From Candidatus Latescibacterota bacterium (GTDB taxonomy: Bacteria > Latescibacterota > UBA2968 > UBA8231): a stretch of DNA of 64,000 nucleotides. Shown piece after piece: positions 44,775 to 55,318 of the stretch. The position numbers and the translations under genes are program-made. The stretch spans positions 1,568,001-1,632,000 of the forward strand of contig CBDFJF010000001.1 in the NCBI GenBank assembly GCA_965248265.1, written 5' to 3'. How positions within the stretch are numbered: the stretch's first letter is position 1; each line of letters starts with the position of its first letter. The notes under the pieces were generated by a model. The model did no database searches and was not told the DNA's origin. It worked only from the letters and a program-made list of their open reading frames with translations.

Positions 44775-45630
44775 CATCCTCGCCCTCCGCGGTTGAGTAC
44801 GGCAACTGGGTTTCTGGGTGCTCCTTGAAATACTGCACCTGACGGACCCCGAAATTCTCTTGAAGCTGGATGCTTAGACCACCATCGACTGTCAGCGAGT
44901 GCCCGGTGATGAATGAGGCTTCGTCCGAGCACAGGAAGACGGCGGCGTTGCCGATGTCGACAGGACGGCCGACCTTGCGCAGCGGGTACTGATCGGCGAA
45001 GAGGGCCAGACCTGACGGGTTGTCGTCCCACATGGTCTTCTGCAGACGATCGGTCACCATGTGTCCAGGCAGAATGGCGTTGACACGGATGCCATCGGGA
45101 CCGTACTCCGTTGCCATCTGTCGTGTCAGACCGATGGCCGCAGCCTTGCCCGTCTCATAGACCAGCACTCCGGGCGCCATCAGCAACCCATGGACCGAGG
45201 ACATGTTGACGATGCTGCCACCGCCAGCCTTGCGCATCTGTGGTACCGCGTACTTGGCACCATGGTACATCGATTTGACCAGGACGGCCATCCCGTGGTC
45301 CCAATCATCCTCTGAGACTTCGACCGCATCACCCGAGCCTGCTGTGAGAACATCAAAAGCGTTGTTCACCAGGATGTCCAGTTGCCCCCACTTTGCAACA
45401 GTGGTCTCGACCATGTGCGCCAGATCGGCGTGTACACTGACATCGACCGCGAGTGCTTCAGCCTCGTTTCCCGCTTCCGTGATCTCCCGCACCTTGGTCT
45501 GGGCGGCGTCTACGGCGATATCGGCGATCAGGACCCTGGCACCCTCTTCCGCGAGACGCTGCGAGATGGCCCCTCCAAGGCCATTTGCACCACCCGTGAC
45601 AATCGCTACCTGCCCCGCCAGTCTTTGCAT
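44758..45630 (-). CDS. Short-chain dehydrogenase/reductase
   Basis: TGGANGLG, NNA and YETGK motifs. Confidence 0.9.
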   Translation of the reverse strand: MQRLAGQVAIVTGGANGLGGAISQRLAEEGARVLIADIAVDAAQTKVREITEAGNEAEALAVDVSVHADLAHMVETTVAKWGQLDILVNNAFDVLTAGSGDAVEVSEDDWDHGMAVLVKSMYHGAKYAVPQMRKAGGGSIVNMSSVHGLLMAPGVLVYETGKAAAIGLTRQMATEYGPDGIRVNAILPGHMVTDRLQKTMWDDNPSGLALFADQYPLRKVGRPVDIGNAAVFLCSDEASFITGHSLTVDGGLSIQLQENFGVRQVQYFKEHPETQLPYSTAEGEDVNEAV

Positions 45631-45663
45631 TGCTCACGCTCCGTGTAGTGATTCTGTGTTGGC

Positions 45664-45722
45664 GCTACGTTCAGTAGCATCGGCTACCTTTTAGGTATCA
45701 TCGGCTACCTTCAGTAGCAACG
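45664..45722. repeat. Three tandem ~19-21-bp palindromic units (GCTAC-N5-GTAGC)
   Basis: GCTACGTTCAGTAGCATCG / GCTACCTTTTAGGTATCATCG / GCTACCTTCAGTAGCAACG. Confidence 0.6.
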
Positions 45723-46079
45723 AAGCGAAAAACGTGATGCGTGAGGCGTAAAGGGTCAACTACAACAAAAGGTAGAGGTGATGATGGACACATTCGACGG
45801 GCTCAGGGCGGTGCATTTCGACCGCATCGCAGGTGTTGGCTGGGGCGATCAACACGATTAACAGGCCAATAATTTTGCAGCAGCTCGAGCTGTTCATCCT
45901 GCTCTCGGTGGACCTCCGAAGAGCGCAAATCTACGAAAATCGGCAAGATTTCCATGCTCACATTGGATAATGCCCTGTCGATCGATACTCTCTATACTCT
46001 CAGTGCCGCCAAAGTCGCCCGTTTGTGGGCGTGCTCCAGTCGACCCTCGCGGCAGCCTCCACGAATGGGATGAAGGCTC

Positions 46080-48125
46080 ATGATAGAGTACGCCATCCAC
46101 GACGGTGTTCGTTTCATCAAGAATGTGACCGTGCCCATGGCAGACGGCGTGCAGCTGGCATTGGACATGCACGTGCCCTGCGCGGACGACTCCACTGACT
46201 GGCGCGACACGCCGCAGCCGCTGCTGTTGGAGTACATCCCCTACCGCAAGGATGATATCCAACCCTACTCGGGCTACCACGACTACTTCGCCCGCCACGG
46301 AATCATCGGCGCCCGCCTCGACTGCCGCGGCACTGGCAGCAGCGGTGGCGTCAACACGGACGAGTACACCCCGCGCGAGCAGGCCGATGGGGTAGAGGCC
46401 ATTGAGTGGCTTGCCGAGCAGACCTGGTGCTCGGGCAAGGTCGGCATGATCGGCAGCTCCTATGGGGGATTTACTTCCGTACAGGTGGCGGCTCACCAGC
46501 CACCGCACCTGGCCACCATCATCCCCATCTACTTTACCGACGACCGCTACGCCGACGATTGCCATTACCGAGGTGGGGCGCTTCGTTGCTATTACGACAT
46601 CGGCTCCTATGGTGCCTCGATGATCGGCATGAACGCCATGCCACCCTACCCCGAGTACAGCGGTGCGGACTGGGCCCGGGTATGGGAGGAGCACCTCGAC
46701 AACAACACCCCCTACCTGTTGGAATGGCTGGCCCGGCCGCGCGATGGCGACTACTGGCGGCCCGGAAGCATTCGCGGACGCTACGACCAGATCGAATGCC
46801 CCGTGTTCATGATCGGCGGTTGGCGCGACGGTTACCCCAATCCTCCACTGCGGACCTTCGCCAACCTGGACGTTCCCAAACGATTGCTGATGGGTCCCTG
46901 GAACCACACGCGTCCAGACCGCGCCATCCCCGGACCGCGGATCGACTACCTGGCGGAGGTCGTGCGCTGGTGCAATCACTGGTTGAAGGGAGAGGACAAT
47001 GCGGTGATGGATGAACCGCCGGTGCAGGTCTACATGCAGACCTTCGATGTCCCCCGAGCGGACCGCACTCACACCAGCGGCTACTGGCGTGCCGAACAGG
47101 AACTGCCACCTCCGCCGTCTGACACCGGAAGCACCTATTTCCTCGGCGATGAGAGTCTCACTGCCGATTCACCAGTCACCGGAGATGGCTTCGACGAATA
47201 TGAATACAGTCCTACCGTGGGTACTGCCGGAGGCCTGTGGAGTGGCGGTGTTCCATACGGACTGCCCACGGATCAGCGCCCAGATGAGATCGACTCGCTT
47301 ACCTACACGAGCGATCTCCTCCCGCAGCCATTGGAGATTCTCGGTTGGCCACGAGTCAAGATCTTCATCAGCTCCACGGCGCCGGTAATGGCCTTTGTCG
47401 CGCGCCTGAGCGATGTGGCTCCGGATGGCACCAGTGCCCTGGTCTGCACCGGCGTGTTGAACGCTACCCGCCGAGATTCACTGTCGAAACCTGAGCCCCT
47501 GGTCCCCGGAGAAATCTGCGAGCTCGGGTTCGACCTCGACGCCACCGCCTGGCGCTTTTTCCCCGGCCACCGCATCCGCCTGGCCGTGTGCAGCGCCGAT
47601 TTTCCCAACCTCTGGCCCACACCATACAAAGGCACCAACTGCCTCTACCGGGATGCCGAGCATCCATCACAGCTCACCTTGCCCCTGATCCCGGTCCGGG
47701 ATGGCAACTCCAGCAACACGCTGCCAGAAAACGAGATCGATTTCAATCCAGTTGACGACGTCTCCGTGTTCGGATTGTCCCCCGACGAGCCGGTATGGCA
47801 GATCGTCCGCGACATGCTCGGCAATCGCGTCGGACTGCAGATGCTCAGACGCCAGACCGACCGCATCAGTGAAGCGATGGAGGTCACCAACCAGAGCAAG
47901 CTCGATGTCTGGGCAAGCAATGACCGGCCGGCTGATGTCGTGGCTACCGGGCACCATCATCGCCGCATCGTGCGCGATGACGGCGTCTATGTGATTGACT
48001 CCGGCTGCATTCTGCGCTCCACGGAGAGTGCCTTTCATCTGACCATCGATCTGCACATAACCGTCAACGACCTGCCGCATCACCAGCAACGTTGGGTCAG
48101 GTCCTTCGAGCGGCAACTGTTGTAA
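46080..48125 (+). CDS. CocE/NonD family hydrolase (peptidase S15)
   Basis: PYRKD, RGTGSSGG, GSSYGG and GPWNH motifs. Confidence 0.92.
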   Translation: MIEYAIHDGVRFIKNVTVPMADGVQLALDMHVPCADDSTDWRDTPQPLLLEYIPYRKDDIQPYSGYHDYFARHGIIGARLDCRGTGSSGGVNTDEYTPREQADGVEAIEWLAEQTWCSGKVGMIGSSYGGFTSVQVAAHQPPHLATIIPIYFTDDRYADDCHYRGGALRCYYDIGSYGASMIGMNAMPPYPEYSGADWARVWEEHLDNNTPYLLEWLARPRDGDYWRPGSIRGRYDQIECPVFMIGGWRDGYPNPPLRTFANLDVPKRLLMGPWNHTRPDRAIPGPRIDYLAEVVRWCNHWLKGEDNAVMDEPPVQVYMQTFDVPRADRTHTSGYWRAEQELPPPPSDTGSTYFLGDESLTADSPVTGDGFDEYEYSPTVGTAGGLWSGGVPYGLPTDQRPDEIDSLTYTSDLLPQPLEILGWPRVKIFISSTAPVMAFVARLSDVAPDGTSALVCTGVLNATRRDSLSKPEPLVPGEICELGFDLDATAWRFFPGHRIRLAVCSADFPNLWPTPYKGTNCLYRDAEHPSQLTLPLIPVRDGNSSNTLPENEIDFNPVDDVSVFGLSPDEPVWQIVRDMLGNRVGLQMLRRQTDRISEAMEVTNQSKLDVWASNDRPADVVATGHHHRRIVRDDGVYVIDSGCILRSTESAFHLTIDLHITVNDLPHHQQRWVRSFERQLL

Positions 48126-48141
48126 CTCCACAGAGTCCTCG

Positions 48142-48429
48142 ATGAAACAACAGACCCAGGTCGTCATCATCGGAGCCGGCATCGCCGGTTCCAGCGTCGC
48201 CTACCACCTCACCAGACTCGGGTGGACGGATATCGTCGTCGTCGATCAGGGACCGCTGCCGAAGACGGGGGGCTCGACCTTACACGCGCCGGAGAGCCGC
48301 TCTGGGATCCCACCATGGAGCGACTCAAGCGATGACTTCTGTCCCGCGCGCAAGATTCAAAGGAGTCCGATGATGGCACAAAAAGGTATCCTGGAGCGGT
48401 TGTCAGAGGGCACCATCGGGAAAGGCTAA
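48142..48429 (+). pseudogene. Truncated FAD-dependent oxidoreductase (dimethylglycine dehydrogenase/GcvT-like N-terminus)
   Basis: IIGAGIAG..AYHL...GGSTLHAP, then unrelated sequence after ~50 aa. Confidence 0.75.
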
Positions 48430-48445
48430 TAATCGGGCACCTTCG

Positions 48446-48889
48446 TCACGGCAATCGGGCGACTTCGAGTCCCTGTGCTCGGGCAGCGCGAGCCTGCTGA
48501 CCGTCAGCCGTGACGAACAGGTCCACGGAACACGCGACGGCAGTCCCAACGTGGATGGCCTCCATGCCCCTCAGAGGGCTCGCTTCCAGACAACCTACCA
48601 CGATGGGCACGACCGGTTCGGAGACATCGATCACTAGCGCCTCATCCAGATCTGCCGTTATGTCGCGCTTGAGCTCTGTGTATTGTGCTGGAGTCAGAGC
48701 GCCATCTCGGCGAATGCGATTGAAGGCAGAGAGCAATTCGGCAAAGCAAATGATGCTCACGACAATTTCTGAGGCAGCCGCGCAGTGTTTGGCGACAGTC
48801 TCGCTGCCGCGCTCTTTGACGTATCTCTTGGCAAGCGCTGACGTATCGAAAAATATTCTCACCCGTTTGCTATCCTTCACGCTCTTCAA
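48446..48889 (-). CDS. VapC-like PIN-domain toxin
   Basis: FFDTSALAKRYVKE and FVTAD motifs. Confidence 0.85.
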   Translation of the reverse strand: MKSVKDSKRVRIFFDTSALAKRYVKERGSETVAKHCAAASEIVVSIICFAELLSAFNRIRRDGALTPAQYTELKRDITADLDEALVIDVSEPVVPIVVGCLEASPLRGMEAIHVGTAVACSVDLFVTADGQQARAARAQGLEVARLP

Positions 48890-49088
48890 GAACGATTCGA
48901 CTCGCGGATATACCTTTCAGATCGAGCGGCTTCGATTTCTTCCACCTGTTGGGTGCTGTCGGAACGTAAGGCGACAACACGGCCACCGGCTTGCCATGTC
49001 GATAAACTTCAATTACCTCGCCGGCTTCGACAGCATCAAAGTATTTCCTGGCGTTGTTGCGCAGATCCGAAAACGTGGTTGTCAACAT
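48870..49088 (-). CDS. Phd/YefM-family antitoxin
   Basis: FSDLRNN...VEAGE...RHGKPVAVL; upstream of and overlapping the toxin. Confidence 0.88.
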   Translation of the reverse strand: MLTTTFSDLRNNARKYFDAVEAGEVIEVYRHGKPVAVLSPYVPTAPNRWKKSKPLDLKGISASRIVLEEREG

Positions 49089-49166
49089 TTGACCTCTCCC
49101 AGCTGTGTGTCATTATATTGTACAAAATCATGACACTCAGGTCAATATCCGGGCGACAAGCCGATT

Positions 49167-50150
49167 ATGTCTGATCTCAATCTCTTCGAGCAGCTGCGCT
49201 ACCACAGCGAAGCCTACATTCGCTGGAAAATCACCCGCCACGTAATCGGCAAACCAGAAGACTCCAAGGAAGTCCGCATCCTCCGCGATGAAGTGAAGGA
49301 CAGCGTCCTGGTCAAAACCATGCTCGCGGAACAGGATGATGATGGCCGCATCCCCCTCCACCCGTACGACAAATGGCGCGGCGCCCATTGGGTGCTGGCC
49401 GTCCTCGCCGATCTCGGCTATCCCCGTGATGACGACGATCTGATTCCTCTGCGGGAGCAGGTCTACGACTGGCTGTTCTCACCGGAGCATGAGAAGTCAC
49501 TCGCCAAACGCGTCGTCGACGGCCGTCATTGTTGCCACGCATCCCAGGAAGGCAACGCCCTCTACTACCTGCTGGAGCTCGGTTTGGCCGACGACCGCAC
49601 CGATGCACTGGCCGAACGGTTGCTTGAATGGCAGTGGTCGGACGGCGGTTGGAACTGCGACATGAAATCGAAAGGTGGCACCTCATCCTTCATGGAGACC
49701 CTCACTCCCCTACGCGGACTGGCCCACCACGCGCGCACGACGGGCAACGACGACTCCGCCGTCGCTGCCTCCCGTGCAGCTGAGGTTTTCCTGGAGCGCC
49801 GCATGTACAAACGCCGCCGTGACGACGAAGTAATGGCGCCGGACTTCACCGTATTGCGCTATCCCTGTTACTGGTACTACGACATCCTCTTTGGCCTCAA
49901 GGTATTGACCGAGGCCGGGTTCATCGTCGACGAACGCTGCGGCGACGCGCTAACGTTGCTGCAGGGCAAACAACTGGGCGGCGGCGGCTTCCCGGCAGAA
50001 CGGAAGCACTATAGTGTCGGCCGGGAGCGCAGCGGCGCCTCACTCGTCGACTTTGGCGGCACCAACAAGAAGAAGATGAACCCCTTCGTCACCGCCGACG
50101 CCTTCCACGTGCTCAAGGCTACGGACCGCCTTGAAGTTTTTATCTGGTGA
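49167..50150 (+). CDS. Alpha/alpha-toroid (prenyltransferase-repeat-like) hypothetical protein
   Basis: QWSDGGWNC and YP.YWYYDIL motifs. Confidence 0.7.
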   Translation: MSDLNLFEQLRYHSEAYIRWKITRHVIGKPEDSKEVRILRDEVKDSVLVKTMLAEQDDDGRIPLHPYDKWRGAHWVLAVLADLGYPRDDDDLIPLREQVYDWLFSPEHEKSLAKRVVDGRHCCHASQEGNALYYLLELGLADDRTDALAERLLEWQWSDGGWNCDMKSKGGTSSFMETLTPLRGLAHHARTTGNDDSAVAASRAAEVFLERRMYKRRRDDEVMAPDFTVLRYPCYWYYDILFGLKVLTEAGFIVDERCGDALTLLQGKQLGGGGFPAERKHYSVGRERSGASLVDFGGTNKKKMNPFVTADAFHVLKATDRLEVFIW

Positions 50151-50201
50151 AGGCGCACCGATGTTGCCGGCCTGCATGACCAGTCGTCATCGTCATTCAC
50201 G

Positions 50202-51194
50202 TCAATCCGCGTTGTGCCCCACCGTGTACCCCCCGTCGACCATGATGCTGGATCCGGTGATGAAGCTGCTCTCGTCAGAGGCCAGAAACAAGCTGGCATA
50301 GGCACAGTCCAGGGTGGACCCCAGCCTTTTGACGAAGTGGCTCTTGCACTGCATGGTCGTCAACTCGGCCTTGGATATGCCCAGTTTTGTGGCGTGCTTC
50401 GTGGTCGCGGGCGTGTCGATGGTCCCGGGGCAGACGGCATTGACCCGGATTCGCTCCGGACCCAGATCCAGGCTCATGCACCGCATCATCTGTATGATCG
50501 CCCCCTTGCTGGTGTTGTACGGGACGAAACTCGGCTGGGCGATATGGCTCGAGACCGATGCCATCAAGACCACGCTGCCGCCGACGCGATTCGGATTCCC
50601 CTTCGCGATTCCGCTGCGGTTGATCTTCGGCTGAGTGCTGCGCAGATACGGCAGCGCGAACTTCACACAATTCGCGTAGCCCTTGACGTTGGTACCGAGA
50701 ATCACATCCCAGTCGTTGGACGTCACCTCATCGACCGTGCCGAAAACGAACGCGGCCGCGTTCGGCAGCACGATGTCGATTTTGCCTTCTATCTCACCAA
50801 CTGACTCGATCCACCGCCTCAATGAGTCCTCGTTGCCCACATCCGCCACGTCGAAGAACACGCGCTCTCCTTCTTCTCCTTCCCCGACCCTGCTCTCCTT
50901 CAACTCCTTCCTCAAACTTTCCTGTAAGCGCTCACCTAGCTCTGCCCGCCGACCGCAGAAGTAGACGATCGCACCCTCCTTGGCGAGGACCTCTACGCAA
51001 GTCTTGCCGATGGCCTGGGTGCCCCCGGTGACGATGGCGATCCGGTTCCTTACCCGACCCGCGCCCACGTAGCTGGTGGTGTCCACGCAGCCCTCCGGAC
51101 TCGCGGTGTCATCGAAACTAGTGTACAGCTGCCGCGTCTCCGGATCGACGTTGGCTCCTGAAGGGTGTACCTCAATCTCCATTGTCCTTCTCAC
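50202..51194 (-). CDS. Short-chain dehydrogenase/reductase
   Basis: TGGTQAIG, YNTSK and VNAVCPG motifs. Confidence 0.88.
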   Translation of the reverse strand: MRRTMEIEVHPSGANVDPETRQLYTSFDDTASPEGCVDTTSYVGAGRVRNRIAIVTGGTQAIGKTCVEVLAKEGAIVYFCGRRAELGERLQESLRKELKESRVGEGEEGERVFFDVADVGNEDSLRRWIESVGEIEGKIDIVLPNAAAFVFGTVDEVTSNDWDVILGTNVKGYANCVKFALPYLRSTQPKINRSGIAKGNPNRVGGSVVLMASVSSHIAQPSFVPYNTSKGAIIQMMRCMSLDLGPERIRVNAVCPGTIDTPATTKHATKLGISKAELTTMQCKSHFVKRLGSTLDCAYASLFLASDESSFITGSSIMVDGGYTVGHNAD

Positions 51195-51261
51195 TTCTTC
51201 GGGTAGCGGTTACTTGAGATCCTTGCCCGGTGTCTCAATGTGCGCCGGCGTCAGTTCATTC

Positions 51262-52494
51262 TCAGTCCACGTACCATCCTTCATTACCGGCTCGCTCGCA
51301 GGCCTTCGCCCACTCATCAGAGCCATCGTCGAACCAGCGCTCATAGGTGTAGTTGCGCAGGGTGCCCTCCTCCTGGCCCATGATCTTGACCAGGCTGGGC
51401 TGACCCAGCGAGTAGATGGTGCGTCCTCCACCCAGCCTGACAACACCGATGTAAGGCTCTACCTCGTTCGGTTCGCTTTCCCGGTACTTGTACATCAGCT
51501 CCTCATCGACGTCGAAGCCCAGGCCTGGCTCCTCGGACACTCGTGAGAAGCCCTCGGTCACCGCGAAGCGCTTGTGCGTGATGTCATCCTCGGCGTCGAG
51601 TTGGTCGTCCAGGTGAATGGAGTGGCCGGTAGCGGACGGCATGGTGCAGGCAATGTGCATGGCCATCGACTTGGCCAGCGTCCCACCGCAAAACTGGAAG
51701 ATGACCTGGAGATTGAGCTTGCCCATCGTGGTCGCAGTGGCAATCAGATCTCCGACGGGCGGGTACATCATGTAGATGTCCGCCATGCCCATGGAGGCCT
51801 CGTGGCCACCACCGAGCTTCGCCACCCCTCCGTGGACGATCGCCAGCTGGGTACGTCGGCGCAACTCGCGCCAGCTCTCGATATCCGCCGTGTCGAAGGG
51901 GTCTTCGATCCACTGAACTATCGGATGATCGCGCTCGAGCTGGGCGACTATGGGGAGCACCGAACCGAGCCTCCGGCCGCGACGTCCGGTGAAGTCGTAG
52001 TGGACCCTGAACCCCGGCGGCGCCACCTCCTCGATGGCCTTAGTCCACTCGAAGATGTCCTCCAGCGGGTTGCTGTGAATCTTGAAGATGGTGTAGCCGT
52101 CGTCGACAGCACGGACGATGTCGGCGGCCAGTTCCTCCCGGGTAGGCCCGCCCCAGCACCACGCCGCTGTGGAGACGCTGTCGCGCACCTTCTGCCCTAT
52201 CAGCTTGTACGCCGGCACCTCCAGGTACTTACCCATGATGTCGTACAGGGCCATCACCATGGCCGGGTGCAGATCGGAACCGAGGTAATCGAATGGATCC
52301 GTGTCGATGACCGGGTCGAATGACTCCCTGGGTGGCGGTGGCGCGCCGTCGAAGTCGCCATAGCCGGTGATGCCGAGGTCGGTGGTGACTTTGGCGGCAA
52401 TCCTGAACTCATGCCCGTTGCGGGCAGGGTTGTCGCGATAACGCTTCGCCAATGGCGGATGGATGGGAAACAGATCGATATCGGTGATTTTCAC
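51262..52494 (-). CDS. Mandelate racemase/muconate lactonizing enzyme family
   Basis: ALYDIMGK...PAYKLIG, FKIH, IEDP and PGLG motifs. Confidence 0.85.
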   Translation of the reverse strand: MKITDIDLFPIHPPLAKRYRDNPARNGHEFRIAAKVTTDLGITGYGDFDGAPPPPRESFDPVIDTDPFDYLGSDLHPAMVMALYDIMGKYLEVPAYKLIGQKVRDSVSTAAWCWGGPTREELAADIVRAVDDGYTIFKIHSNPLEDIFEWTKAIEEVAPPGFRVHYDFTGRRGRRLGSVLPIVAQLERDHPIVQWIEDPFDTADIESWRELRRRTQLAIVHGGVAKLGGGHEASMGMADIYMMYPPVGDLIATATTMGKLNLQVIFQFCGGTLAKSMAMHIACTMPSATGHSIHLDDQLDAEDDITHKRFAVTEGFSRVSEEPGLGFDVDEELMYKYRESEPNEVEPYIGVVRLGGGRTIYSLGQPSLVKIMGQEEGTLRNYTYERWFDDGSDEWAKACERAGNEGWYVD

Positions 52495-53759
52495 GAGGTC
52501 TTCTCCCCTTCCACGGGCTGGTAGAACCAGTCGATGGATACCACCCGAACCTTGTTGGCACGATCGAAGGGTGCCATGCCAAAACGCTCGTTGAGCTCGT
52601 CGATGTCGGCGCCATACGTCAAGCGGATGACATCGAGATCGCCCCATGTGGCCATGCCGTAGGTTATGATGGCCTTGTCATTGAGGAAGGTCAACGTCGG
52701 TTCGTTCTTGCGCAGCGGCGAGGGCGCGCCGACGTAGCGTTTGCGGTCAATGGGTTGGCGGTAGCCGCCGTCCAGGCCGACCTCGATGGCATCGGCCTCC
52801 ACGTAGCAGACGTCGTCCATCGATTCCAGGTTTTTGTGATGCTGCCAGGTCTGGCCATCATCCTTGCTGATGGCGCAGGTGAGCCGGTGGCGGTAGAGGC
52901 CGACCATGTACTCCCAACGTGAAACCTGGTTCCAGATGATGAGCAGGTCTCCGGTGGTGGGAATCCGCTTGATCACGCACGGCGAGGGTACCAGTACCAG
53001 ACCGGTGGGCTCGGGCTCCGTCCAGGACTCACCCCGGTCTTCGGAGTAGGCCTTGAAGTGTTGCCCGAGATACGTCCGTCCCATCATCAGAATCCGCCCA
53101 TCTTTCAGCGCAACTATTGCCGGCTCCTCGAAGGAGTAGCTGCCAAGGGCGCCGCTGTCGATGGGGACGAAGGTCTCGTTGCGGCTGCGCTGCCAGGTCT
53201 GACCCTCATCGTCCGAGTAGTAGGAGTAACTGTAGCGCAGGGTGCAGGCGATGTTGGCGCCGAAGTAGCTTTCGCTGAACCGCTGTAGTCGTTTGGGCTT
53301 GGGTGAAAGGGGGGTGGGACCGATGGTCGAGTACACCGGGACCACGATGCGTCCATCCTCCAAAACGATGCTGACGTCATGGCTGGTGTTGACGACGATG
53401 TCGGGGGCATTCATATCCACACCAGCCGACCAGGTATCGCCTTCGTCCGCGCTGACATGGAACGTCTGCTGACCGGTGTGACTGGTCTGCACCATGCCGA
53501 TTCGCCCGCTCTGTAGTCTGACTAGATGAATGCCAAAGACCCCCATGACTGGCGCGCCGTTGTCGTACGTCAAGGCAACCGGCGCGCTCCAGGTCTCGCC
53601 CTCGTCCTCTGAAAAATTGGCCTGAAGCGACTCCGGGTCTCGTTTACCCTGACCCCACACCCACATAAGCCGATCGCCAGCCAGGGGGATGACACTGCTG
53701 TAAGACGGACTCAGAAATACATGATCCAGCTTGATGATGGAATGGACGTGTTCGGTCAC
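52491..53759 (-). CDS. BNR/Asp-box sialidase-like protein
   Basis: Five SxDxGxTW-type Asp-boxes. Confidence 0.85.
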   Translation of the reverse strand: MTEHVHSIIKLDHVFLSPSYSSVIPLAGDRLMWVWGQGKRDPESLQANFSEDEGETWSAPVALTYDNGAPVMGVFGIHLVRLQSGRIGMVQTSHTGQQTFHVSADEGDTWSAGVDMNAPDIVVNTSHDVSIVLEDGRIVVPVYSTIGPTPLSPKPKRLQRFSESYFGANIACTLRYSYSYYSDDEGQTWQRSRNETFVPIDSGALGSYSFEEPAIVALKDGRILMMGRTYLGQHFKAYSEDRGESWTEPEPTGLVLVPSPCVIKRIPTTGDLLIIWNQVSRWEYMVGLYRHRLTCAISKDDGQTWQHHKNLESMDDVCYVEADAIEVGLDGGYRQPIDRKRYVGAPSPLRKNEPTLTFLNDKAIITYGMATWGDLDVIRLTYGADIDELNERFGMAPFDRANKVRVVSIDWFYQPVEGEKTS

Positions 53760-53893
53760 CGGCGACTCCTTCGATGTTTCCAAGTGTGCACTTGTCTCGC
53801 CACCCGGGCAAGCGTACGAACCAGCCTGACGGGTGGAGTTTCCCCACGGATTTGGTATGTTGCTTGGCTTCACGGCTCCGGGAGGGAGTAACC

Positions 53894-54823
53894 ATGAGAA
53901 TCACACGCATCGAACGCATCGGGGTGCGCATGCAGTATGACGAGCGTGTCGCCGAAGCCCTGCGTCAGGGCGGCCTGGCCAACCGCGCGACAGACGAGGA
54001 GTTCGAGGCGGAGAAGGAGCGTTTCCACAAGGAGTTGCGGGAGCTTCCACTGCCCACGGCTGCGACAACCGTGTACCTCGTCCACAGCGATGAAGGACTG
54101 ATCGGCCTGGGTGAGGGCACCTCGATGTCCGACGACGAACTGAAGGTGTACGTCGGTCACAGTCCCTTCGAGTACATCATGGACGACAGCGTCGGTCCGT
54201 TGCAGATCGGTTTCTATGACCTGATGGGTCGGGCCCTGGGGCTGCCGATTGCCCGCCTTCTGGGCCCGAGTCGCGACACCGCCCCGCTGGCCTGGTGGTC
54301 GCACTGCTTTGCGCCGGATGTATTGCAGGGCGAGGCGAAGCTGGCGCGGTCGCGCGGTTACCTGGTACACAAGATCAAGCGGCGGGCGCATACCGATGTC
54401 GTAGAGCAGGTGGCCGCCATGGCCGAAGTGACACCGGACGACTACACGGAGCTCGGTCTGCACCTGGCCCACCACATCGGTCAGCCCGATCCGGTGGATG
54501 CATTGCACTCGGAGGTATACGACTACTTCATCCTCGGCACCCAGGTCGCCGCCATGGTGCGCGACGCCCATATCGCCGACGCCCGCAACCGGCAATTCTG
54601 GATGCAGGCCACCAGCACCGACATCACCGCCCTGTTCATGCTGCAGTTGGCTGCCGCCACGCCCAACGCCACGCGCGCTCATGTGACAACCAGTCACCTG
54701 CATGAGCAGTCCCTGCTGCAGGAGCCGCTGATCGTCTCCGATGGCCACGTCGCCATTCCCGACCGCCCCGGATTGGGCGCGACCCTGAACATGGACGTTG
54801 TCGAGAACTTCCGGATCGAATGA
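53894..54823 (+). CDS. Enolase-superfamily protein, apparently with an in-frame internal deletion
   Basis: YDLMG..LG.P, HKIK and PDRPGLG present; the usual D..N / EEP barrel segment is not seen. Confidence 0.7.
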   Translation: MRITRIERIGVRMQYDERVAEALRQGGLANRATDEEFEAEKERFHKELRELPLPTAATTVYLVHSDEGLIGLGEGTSMSDDELKVYVGHSPFEYIMDDSVGPLQIGFYDLMGRALGLPIARLLGPSRDTAPLAWWSHCFAPDVLQGEAKLARSRGYLVHKIKRRAHTDVVEQVAAMAEVTPDDYTELGLHLAHHIGQPDPVDALHSEVYDYFILGTQVAAMVRDAHIADARNRQFWMQATSTDITALFMLQLAAATPNATRAHVTTSHLHEQSLLQEPLIVSDGHVAIPDRPGLGATLNMDVVENFRIE

Positions 54824-54832
54824 CCTATCGTT

Positions 54833-55318
54833 TCACCCCTCTGCACGCCAACCACCAGAAGAAGAACCCGCATGCCGAACCGCACAGCAGGCCGATGGCA
54901 GCCCACACGCCGAATTCGTCCATACCATGCTGGACAACGCCCCTGCGATGGTCGCCAGCGGCAGGACGAACTTGAATTCGAGCCGTTGGATGAAATCGAG
55001 GACAAGAATGCCCGGCACGACGAATACCGCGGTCCCCAGGTAAGCAGCAGGACCACCGTAGAGGAAGAAAACCAGCAGAGCCAGCAGAGCGGAAAACGCA
55101 TCGGGTACGTATGGGTCGGTCTCTCCGGCGATCATCCACAAACCGCCGATCCACACAGAGTAGAGAACCCAGGCGACCACCGGCGCCAGCAGGGGCGCGA
55201 TGATGAGGGCGGGAAAAACTCTCACGTTCGGCTCGCACATGTTCGTCTTGTCCTCAGATTGCCATTCCCGATCCATACCGATGAGGTTAACAATAGACAC
55301 CGATTTGGGTGTGGTCAC
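54833..55318 (-). CDS. Hypothetical membrane protein
   Basis: About four hydrophobic segments. Confidence 0.55.
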   Translation of the reverse strand: MTTPKSVSIVNLIGMDREWQSEDKTNMCEPNVRVFPALIIAPLLAPVVAWVLYSVWIGGLWMIAGETDPYVPDAFSALLALLVFFLYGGPAAYLGTAVFVVPGILVLDFIQRLEFKFVLPLATIAGALSSMVWTNSACGLPSACCAVRHAGSSSGGWRAEG

